This document shows, one piece after another, positions 54,180 to 64,000 of a stretch of DNA of 64,000 nt; within the stretch, counting starts at the first letter, position 1, and every line of letters begins with the position of its first letter. A program made the translations under genes and the position numbers. Source of the stretch: Paragordius varius (lineage: Eukaryota; Animalia; Nematomorpha); assembly GCA_964247055.1 (NCBI GenBank), contig OZ176055.1:4154001-4218000 (forward strand). Reading direction: 5' to 3'. The notes beneath the pieces were generated by a model. The model was given only the letters and a program-made list of their open reading frames with translations, was not told the origin of the DNA and did no database searches.

Positions 54180-55329
54180 ATGAAACGCAAATTATCTGTT
54201 GCTTTAAAAACTAATACCAAAAAACAGAAATTATCGCAAACACCCAAAGTAAAAGATAAACCGGCAAAACGAAAAAACCAACAAACTTCTATCAAGAAAA
54301 AGGAGCATAAAAACCGAAAAATGAGATCGCAAAACAAAAATGTTAAGAAAAAAGGTTTGAATAAACCCACGAGTGCACAAAAACCAAAAACACCTTCAAA
54401 AAATAAAACTAATTCTAGAGTTTCCACCACCAAAGGTACAAAAAGAAAAGCAAAAACTCCCAAACAAAAAACTAAAATTGTTCGCAAAAACAAACCTGAA
54501 GCGCGTCAATCTTTTCGTAACAAGGCTCCCAAAGTTGATGGCTCAAAATATGGAATGGTTAAAAAGAATAAGAAAGTAAAGAAAGTTGCCAATACACGTG
54601 TAACCAAAGCTAAGAAAAACGTTAAACGCATTAAGACAATAGAAATGGTTGATGATGTACCTTTGGAGATAAGAACATCAAACATAAACTTAAGTATTGT
54701 ATGTCACAATAAGGCGATTTCAGAGATAAAGATTGAGAAAATAGATGGTCATAACATTCTAAATGAACCCATTAGTATGAATGATGAGGTTATTGAAGAC
54801 ACTGCCATTCAAATCGTGCAAGAAGCGGCTATATTGGCTAAACAAGAAATGCTACAAAATAATGAAAGCACAAGAAACGACACTAATTGTCTCCACAGTA
54901 GAAGCGAGGTCAGACAATCGATTGCCGATCGATTCCCAGCTTATTACACACATAGAGTTATTAGCGGGAAACGGGCGTCCTATCGTTCGTGCGTATGGCG
55001 AACTCGGTCGGCAGATTCTCGCAAATCATCGCCAATGCCAAGAATGAAAAAGCTAAATATCTTGTGTTCAAAGTAAGACCTATCTTTTACATTTACAAAC
55101 TTATTTTACGATATAATATTATTTTCAAACCATTTATTGCAGATGTAAATGTTCCTACTTTGGAAATTCTGATTCAAGCGATGATCTCCCGTATATTAGA
55201 AGGAGAAGAGGTAGAATTTTCACAGAGCCCGTACCTATCTGTCCATTGCCCGGCCAGGAAAACAGTCATAATCTGCCAGACATAATGGGTTCTAATTGCT
55301 TGGCTCCCATATTCTCCTCCCATTTTTAA
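54180..55329 (+). CDS. Lysine-rich basic protein, copy 2 (359 aa; exons 54180-55072, 55143-55329)
   Basis: Same structure as copy 1, with a 70-nt intron and intact frame. Confidence 0.82.
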
Positions 55330-56300
55330 TGTAATATACATATTTACCTAAAATACACTTGTTTGTTTTATTAAGGGTCTTATCATAAAATTTGATAGTT
55401 GACCACAATTTAATTAAAATTGTATTTTCGAAATATAAAGCTACATTTATTTTTTTTCAAAAGTATTTAATATTTTTTTACATTTTAGATTCCACCCATA
55501 AACAACAAAATCATACAACATCTCAATATTATAAACTTAGTGGATGCATGCAACGCAAATATCGATCTTATAAACTTACTAAAAAGACCCATTAACTAAT
55601 GAATTCAGCTTCTGTGTATTAACTTCTCAAATCACTCTAAATAACATTGAAATATTGGGTTAATATAATAATCAGCCATAAATACAGACAACAAACACTC
55701 ACAAATTATTTGCAATAAGAGTAAATGAAACCATATTTATGAAAACATTTGGTAGAGTTATAACTGTGTTCAACAAACATGAATCAGCCAGATAGTTTAT
55801 AGTAAACATAATATATCCATTCTCTCCTTAACAAATGTATTGATCATTCATCTCCCGGTATTGTATCATTCATCAAAAAAAAACGATTAGAAAGTTTAAC
55901 AAACAAATAGCCACAGTGTTTACAAAAATTGAAAAAATGAATAGTTTATAAAAGTTATCGCTCAATGATATTTAGTTAAAGATTGTTACGCCATTGAAAA
56001 TCTAAAGAAATCTGTCCGAAATTGAATGTATTGAAATTAAAGGCAAATATTATCAATCTCCCTATTGTAATCTGAAAGGAATGTTTAAACAATAAAACTT
56101 TGGATAAGTTGAGCATCACACAACTAGAAATATTTGACCTTACATAGATGGTTGTAGCCAAAAAATGAAACATTAAATAACTGAACCTGATTTCAAAGTG
56201 GCCTTTAACATCAAATCAGAATCCAAAACGTATGGATTTTTTATGCGACACAAATTTATTGATTAGAAGCGTATCAAGGTGCCTAAAACAATTCTTTCGT

Positions 56301-56346
<46 letters not shown>

Positions 56347-59300
56347 GCATACTTCTTTTATATATATGTTCAAAACAAAAATAAATATTAAAAAACATTT
56401 AGTTATATTTAAGACAGAGTTAAACCATACAAATGGCTTCGAGGGCCACACTTTTGATTAAAAAATTTGGTGAGTCTATAAGGCATGAATAAATATTTGA
56501 ATGATTAACAAGCATAAACACTTAAACAATGATTTTTGCTAACTCGCTGTCAAAATTTGAATATACTCATTCAGAAATTGTTTAAAGAAAAATCATTACT
56601 AAAGATTAAATAGCAGTGTTTTTACGAATTAATAATTTCATACTTATTCGCTAATTTTCCAGATATTTCATGTGCCGCACAAAATATCTTGAAGGGCCAC
56701 ACCCCTGATTTATATTTTTATATGCAGTCAATTAATTATAATTAAATTTAGGTTTTTGAAAAGATTTGTGAGTTAAAAGAAAGTAAGCAGGTGTTGGAGT
56801 TTAACGCAAATTACAATGCTTTCAATCCATAATTAAGCCAAAAGCAGCCGTCATAATCAGATAATCTATGAGGATATTTATAGTGCGCCAGGGTAATAAA
56901 TGTAGTTTTTTAAACTATTGTATTTTTGAATAGAGTAACTCGCTGACTTTTATGAAACAAAATTGGGAATCATGTTGCATATAAAGAAAATTAACTCAAA
57001 AAACTTATTTTAGGCACTTGGCAATGTAATATTATTATAAAATTTATGAATTATAATGGCTAAACTTTGCAATTGAATACTTAATAGTAAAATACATAAT
57101 TTTTGGGTTATGTTTCAATAAAGTTTGATATTTAAAAATTAGAGTGTCTAAAATGGCATATTTTTAAAATTAAATCAAAAAATTCATGAAACATTAAAAT
57201 TTGTATATGTGGGTTAAAAGATGTAAAAAAATTAGCTTAAAAAATCAGATTTGTCAAAAAACACTTATTATTTGTGCACTAGCCTATTATGTGGCAAACC
57301 ACAATTTCCTGTGTATATCTGATAAAAATCATATGAGGTCTAACTTTAAATTAAACACATCCGCTGATACGTTAATATAAATATGGATATACTGTTAAAA
57401 TTAATCGAATATTTAAAAATGTAAATTATATTTTAACCAAAATAATTCACGTTTTATGCGCTTACTACATCTAAGCCTCAATAAGGATGAATTAAGGTTT
57501 TACTTTATTTATATTTTTTGAATAATTTTTTGGAGTTTCGGAAACCGATATCTTTAAAATTGCTATTTTCATGGACATCATAACACTTCATTACTGGTTA
57601 GTTAATCAACGGAGCGATTTCAAAATATATCCTTCAAAACATATTCGATATTGGATCATTTTTAAACTTTGCCTTATGTGACCTTTAAACTCACCTTTGC
57701 ACCTTTTCACGCCAAACAATTAGTAAAACGGGAATTAAAACTTGGACAATTAAATATGTTATAATTAATATATAAATATTTATACTTGCAGTTTTATTAG
57801 GTTATCGGAAATCATGTTCTTTTTATAATTCGTCTGAATTTCCGGCTTTAAACATTAAAATAATTTTAACCTCGTTTAGAAAAATATCAAAAAACCTCCA
57901 TCTTTGAATGATTTTAGAACAATATAGATACATTATTTCCCGGCAAAGATAAATTTGTTACTTTTGCCAGTAACCCTTTAAAATCACCCATATATTAATT
58001 ACTCTAAAACACTTAGAATTAACCGTTAATATTTTGAACACGCCTGAACATTTCCAGCTCACACAGAAAAATTTCAAATTTACCCTCATTTTAAGTCATC
58101 CTAACATTTCAATCATCAAAATAGTTACCTGCGTTTCTGGGCCAAACAACATTATACTGATAATATTTGGTCTCGATTTCGGTTATACCTGTTTCTTTAA
58201 AAATAATTTTTTGGGTGATTCAAAGTATTTGAGGGTGAATTTGGTATCTTCACGTGTAAATATGATTTAAGGGATTTAAAGTGTTAATGAAATAATAAAA
58301 GTAAACAAATGATTATAGATACTAAAAAATTTGACTTTGTTTCTCAAAGTAACTAAATTGATAAATATTTGGTATTCGTTAATCATATTTTCTATTTTTC
58401 TATTTAAATTTCTTTTTATTTGGGTAAATGTCATGTCATTAAATATTTCAAATAAAATACTAAAACACACTTGAAATATGAAAACGAATTTTTAATATCA
58501 ACTATAAATTAACCCAAAAGCACATATTTTTGGGTTAATTAGAAATTAAGGATGAATTTAAAACTAAGTTTTTTAAATAGTTTAGTGGCGAGTTTAATAT
58601 GTTCCAGTAGGGACGTAAACGTTCCAGGTTTAACTAGGCCCAAGGTTAAATTTTAGTAAAGAATTATATAAGGTGATTCTAATCTCTGCAGTCTTATAAA
58701 GCGTACGAGACAGATCGCTTCCTTTTTGTTAATATGAATCGAATGATACGGTTTAGAGATATAAGATTTGATTTATGGGTATATTTTAATATCTTATTTT
58801 AATTATAATTGAGCGAAAATCTTAAGCCAACTAAAAAAGGTCGTTAGGCCATGTGAACATAAATACATGAAAAAAAAACATACTTAAAAATTATTGATCG
58901 AAACTTACAAGTAATAAAGCAAATGACACTTTTAACTTTTTTACGTGGGGAGCCTGGGTATAAATTAAAAGAAACGTTCCGTTACTATACAGTTAATAAA
59001 TTCGAATAATTTTATAAATTCTAATAGTCTTTTTCCTTGTCGCTTATTGCAGGTTCCAATATTGATGCCAAACTCAGAAAAACACTCAGTTACAATCTGT
59101 GCAAACAAATGGCTATTCATAATGATAAATTGTTTAATATTTTCAAAAAAATCATTTATTGCTTCCTATTGTTTATTAGGATAGACCAATGGGTTAATTT
59201 AAATTGTTATTTTCTAAACATATATTAAATAACTCACTACATTATAGGAAAATGTTGAAAGAAGCTACATCCAATAATACAGACTCGAAAAACTTTCTTA

Positions 59301-59641
59301 GCTATATATGGATATTTTAAATTTGGCTATTAGTTCGGTCGGGCCATTTATTTAGGAATTATGTGTATGTCTTTGATGAGACATTACAAATTTAATATTA
59401 ATTGGGTTACCTTAGACATATATGTAAATTTTTTTTAGTTTTAATTATTTAATTATCTATTGTCAAATTTATTTTTAAGGAATTAATAAAAAATTTATTA
59501 TAATCTCAATGGTTTATTGATGGTACAGAATATATTTAATATTAACATATAGAATCTTAAATACTATATTGTTTTAACAATCATTTTAAAATTGATTGTC
59601 TAACATTACTTACACAATTACTTGTTAAATTAAATTAAAAA

Positions 59642-60789
59642 ATGAAACGCAAATTATCTGTTGCTTTAAAAACTAATACCAAAAAACAGAAATTATCGCA
59701 AACACCCAAAGTAAAAGATAAACCGGCAAAACGAAAAAACCAACAAACTTCTATCAAGAAAAAGGAGCATAAAAACCGAAAAATGAGATCGCAAAACAAA
59801 AATGTTAAGAAAAAAGGTTTGAATAAACCCACGAGTGCACAAAAACCAAAAACACCTTCAAAAAATAAAACTAATTCTAGAGTTTCCACCACCAAAGGTA
59901 CAAAAAGAAAAGCAAAAACTCCCAAACAAAAAACTAAAATTGTTCGCAAAAACAAACCTGAAGCGCGTCAATCTTTTCGTAACAAGGCTCCCAAAGTTGA
60001 TGGCTCAAAATATGGAATGGTTAAAAAGAATAAGAAAGTAAAGAAAGTTGCCAATACACGTGTAACCAAAGCTAAGAAAAACGTTAAACGCATTAAGACA
60101 ATAGAAATGGTTGATGATGTACCTTTGGAGATAAGAACATCAAACATAAACTTAAGTATTGTATGTCACAATAAGGCGATTTCAGAGATAAAGATTGAGA
60201 AAATAGATGGTCATAACATTCTAAATGAACCCATTAGTATGAATGATGAGGTTATTGAAGACACTGCCATTCAAATCGTGCAAGAAGCGGCTATATTGGC
60301 TAAACAAGAAATGCTACAAAATAATGAAAGCACAAGAAACGACACTAATTGTCTCCACAGTAGAAGCGAGGTCAGACAATCTATTGCCGATCGATTGCCA
60401 GCTTATTACACCCATAGAGTTATTAGCGGGAAACGGGCGTCCTATCGTTCGTGCGTATGGCGAACTCGGTCAGCAGATTCCCGAAAATCATCGCCAATGC
60501 CAAGAATGAAAAAGTTAAATATCTTGTGTTCAAAGTAAGACCTATCTTTTGCACTTATAAAATTATTTACAATATAATATTTTTTCAAACCATTTATTGC
60601 AGATGTAAGTGTTCCTACTTTGGCAATTCTGATTCAAGCGATGATCTCCCGTATATTAGAAGGAGAAGAGGTAGAATTTTCACAGAGCCCGTACCCATCT
60701 GTCCATTGCCCGGCCAGGAAAACAGTCATAATCTGCCAGACATAATGGGTTCTAATTGCTTGGCTCCCATATTCTCCTCCCATTTTTAA
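59642..60789 (+). CDS. Lysine-rich basic protein, copy 3 (359 aa; exons 59642-60534, 60603-60789)
   Basis: Same structure with a 68-nt intron. Of the 10 coding differences from copy 2 that I found, 9 are synonymous in this frame, which supports both the frame and the exon-2 splice. Confidence 0.82.
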
Positions 60790-63700
60790 TGTAATATACA
60801 TAATTACCTAAAATACACTTTTTAACTTTATATGTTTAAAAGTATTTAATATTTTCTTACATTTAGATTCCACCCATAAACAACAAAATCATACAACATC
60901 TCAATATTATAAACTTAGTGGATGCATGCAACGCAAATATCGATCTTAAAAACATACTAAAAAGGTCCATCAACTAATGAATTCAGCTTCTGGGTGTTAA
61001 CTTCTCAAATCACTCTAAATAACATTCTAAATAATGGTTAACATACTAATCAGCCATAAATAGAGACAACAAAAACTCACAAATTATTTGCAATAAGAGT
61101 AAATGAAACCATATTTATGAATACATTTGGCAGAGTTATAAAATGTGTTCAAAATAACAAACATTAATCAGCCAGACAGTTTATAATAAACATACTATAT
61201 CTATTCTCTCCTTTACAAATGTATTGATCATTCATCTACTCACTTCCAAAAGAACGATTAGAAAGTTTAGAGAACAGATCGCCACAGTGTTCACAAAAAG
61301 TGAAAGAATGAGTAGTTAATAAAAGTTATCGCTCAATGATATTTGGTTAAAAATTGTTATGCCATTGTTCAAAAGATATCTGTCCGAAATTGAATGTATT
61401 GGAATTAAAGGCAAATATTAGCAATCTCCCTATTGTAAACTGAAAGAAATGTTTAAAAACAATAAAACTTTGGATATGTTAAGCATCACACAACTAGAAA
61501 TAAAGTTTCTACCTTACATAGATGGTTGTAGCCAAAAAATGGAAAATTAAATAACGTCTGCCAATTTCAAAGAAGCCTTTAACATTAATCAGAATCCGAA
61601 ACGTATGGATTTTTATGCGACATAAATCTATTGATTAGAAGCGTATCTGCCTAAAACAATCTTTCGTTGATATTTATATAAGTGCATACTTCTTTTATAT
61701 ATATGTTCAAAACAAAAATAAATATTAAAAAACCATTTATATATATTTAAGACAGAGGTGAACCACACAAATGACTTCGAGGGCCGCACTTTTGATTAAA
61801 AAATTTGGTGAGTCTATAAGGCATGAATAAATATTTGTATGATTAACAAGCTAAACATATAAACAACTGCTAATTCTTTAACAAATTTGAATATACTCAT
61901 TCGAAATTGTTTAAAAGAATATCATTACTAAAGATTAAATAACAGTGTTTTTCCGAATTATATAATTTCCTATTTATTCGCTAATTTTAATATTTCATGT
62001 GCACAAAATATCTTGAAGGGCCACATATGACACACCCCTGATTTATATTTTTATGTGCAGTCTCTTAATTATAATTAAAGGTTTTTGAAAAAATTTGTGA
62101 GTGAAAAGAGAGTAAACAGGTGTTGGAGTTCAGCCTAAATTACATTGCTTTCAACCCATACTTAAGCCAAAAGCAGCCGTCATAATCAGATTATCTATGA
62201 GTATCTTTATAGTGGGCCAGGGTAAAAAATGTAGTTCTTTAAACTATTGTATTTTTGAATAGAGTACTTCGCTGACTTTTATGAAACAAAATTAGAATTC
62301 ATGTTGCATATAAAGATAACTCAAAAAAACTTATTTTAGGCACTTGGCAATTTAATATTGGTATAAAATTTATGAATTATAATGGCTAAACTTTACAAAT
62401 AAATACATAATAAATACATAATTTTTGGGTTTTCAATAAACTTTGATATTTAATCGTCTAAAATGGCAGATTTTAAAAAATACATAAAACGTTAAAATTT
62501 TTTTATGTGGGTTAAAAGATGTAAAAAATTTTAAGAATCAGATTTGTCCAAAAATACTTAGTTTTTGTACACTTGCCTATTATGTGGCAAACCACATTTT
62601 TCTGTGTATATCTGATAAAAATCAGATGAGGTCTAATATTGATTTAAACACATCCGCTGATACGTTAATATTAATTATGGATAATTTATTCTTAATCTTA
62701 AATAAATTAATTATATTTTAACCGAAATAATTCACGTTTTATGCGCTTACAAAAAATCTAAGCCGCAAAAATTAAGGATAAATTATTTTACCTTTTTTGT
62801 ATTTTTTGAATAATTTTTTGGAGTTTCGGAAAACGATGTCTTTAAAATAGCCATTTTCATGGACATTATGACACTTCATTACTAGTTAGTTAAATTTTAA
62901 AATATATCATTCAAAACATATTCGATATTGGATCATTTTTAAACTTTGCATTATGTGACCTTTAAACTCACCATTGCACCTTTTTTACGCCAAACATTTA
63001 GTAAGCTTACGGGAATTAAAACTTGGACATTAAAATATGTTATAATTAATATATAAATATTTAGACTAGCAGTTAAAATTAAAATATCGGAAATCATGTT
63101 TTAATCATATTTCGTCTGAATTTCCGGCTTTAAACATTAAAATATTTTAACCTCGTTTAGAAAAATATAAAAAACCTCCAATAATTTGAATGATTTTAGA
63201 ACAATAAAGAAAGATACATTATTTCCCGGCAAAGATAAATTTGTTACTTTTGCCAGTAGCACTTTAAAATCACCCATATATTCTAATTCCTATAAAACAC
63301 TTCAAAACAGGTAATATTTTGAATACGCCTGACCATTTCCAGCTCACACAGAAAAATTTCAAATTTACCCTCATTTTAAGTCATCCTAACATTTCAATCA
63401 TCATGAAAATAGAGACCTGATTTTCTGGGCCAAGCAACATTATACTGATTAATTTTGGTCTCGATTTCGGTTTTACCTGTTTCTTAAAAATAATTTTTGG
63501 GTGATTCAAAGTATTTGTGGGTGAATTTGGTATGTTCATGTGTAAATTTGATTTAACGGATTTAAAGTATCTATGTAATTATAAAAATAAACAAATGATT
63601 ATAGATACTAAAAAAATTGACTTTGTCTCGCCAAAGTAACTTATTGATAAATATTTGGTATTTGTTAATCATATTTTCTATTTTTCTATTTAAATTACTT

Positions 63701-64000
63701 TTTTTTGGGTAAATGTCTTGTCATTAAATATTTCAAATAAAATACTAAAACACACTTGAAATATGAAAGCGAATATTTAATATCAACTATAAATTAACCC
63801 AGAAGCACATATTTTTAGGTTAATTAGAAATCAAGGATGAATTTAAAATTTAAGTTTTTTAAATAGCTTAGTGGCGAGTTTAATATGTTCCAGTATGGAC
63901 GTGAATGTTCCAGGTTTAACTATGCTCAAGGGTAAATTTAAGTAAATAATTATATAAGGTGACGTTAATCTCTGCAGTCATATAAAGCGTACGAGATAAA

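Larger units (their letters stand above)
48660..64000 (+). repeat. Tandem segmental array, unit about 5.3-5.5 kb, three complete units, continuing past the window end
   Basis: Gene starts at 48809, 54180 and 59642 (spacings 5371 and 5462). Spacer landmarks recur in order, e.g. TGTGGCAAACCACA at about 51886/57290/62584, CGTCTGAATTTCCGGCTTTAAACATT at about 52406/57831/63113, AATCTCTGCAG at about 53236/58682/63967. Confidence 0.95.

Noticed and set aside
54989-55285. Alternative reading of exon 2 (PTLEILIQAMISRILEGEEVEF...) as the real C-terminus or an overlapping gene
   Set aside because: The splice phase does not fit, and the inter-copy differences are synonymous in the chosen frame but nonsynonymous (S/N, E/A, L/P) in this one.
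48802-60041. Phe/Leu-rich antisense ORFs (48802-49311, 54173-54493, 59635-59955) and short alternative-frame ORFs over the basic genes
   Set aside because: These are expected shadows of AAA/AAG-rich coding sequence. They recur only because the genes are near-identical.
1-64000. Assigning the source organism (e.g. dicyemid, orthonectid, nematomorph, myxozoan)
   Set aside because: AT richness, divergent proteins and mini-introns suggest a derived, possibly parasitic animal, but nothing in the window is diagnostic without a database search.

Overview
AT-rich eukaryotic DNA, about three-quarters A+T by eye. It is most likely a derived animal, but the species cannot be named from this window. There are no prokaryotic features and no CRISPR array. 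Intron-containing genes reconstructed by hand: NDC80/HEC1 kinetochore gene (+, 1920-5974); Sidestep/nephrin-like Ig-superfamily receptor (-, 9119-18887; 5 Ig + FN3 + TM + long tail); PPM1L-like PP2C phosphatase (+, 28816-33862, probably extending to 36329); GPI transamidase subunit GPAA1 (-, 40091-47344). From about 48660 to the window end lies a tandem array of 5.3-5.5 kb units. Each of the three complete units carries a two-exon gene for an unrecognised, extremely lysine-rich 352-359 aa protein, and a fourth copy probably lies just outside the window. Introns and intergenic DNA hold three decayed RTE-type LINE fragments, a decayed Mos1-like mariner, TTAA-flanked piggyBac-like MITEs, foldback elements built from palindromic 21-bp repeats, and small hAT-like and Tc1-like MITEs. 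The two strongest observations are (1) a run of 22-27 nt GT-AG introns inside the conserved NDC80 CH domain, in a gene whose other introns are 60-880 nt, and (2) the mosaic, purifying-selected tandem family of histone-H1-tail/protamine-like basic proteins. All gene models are manual and no database searches were run.
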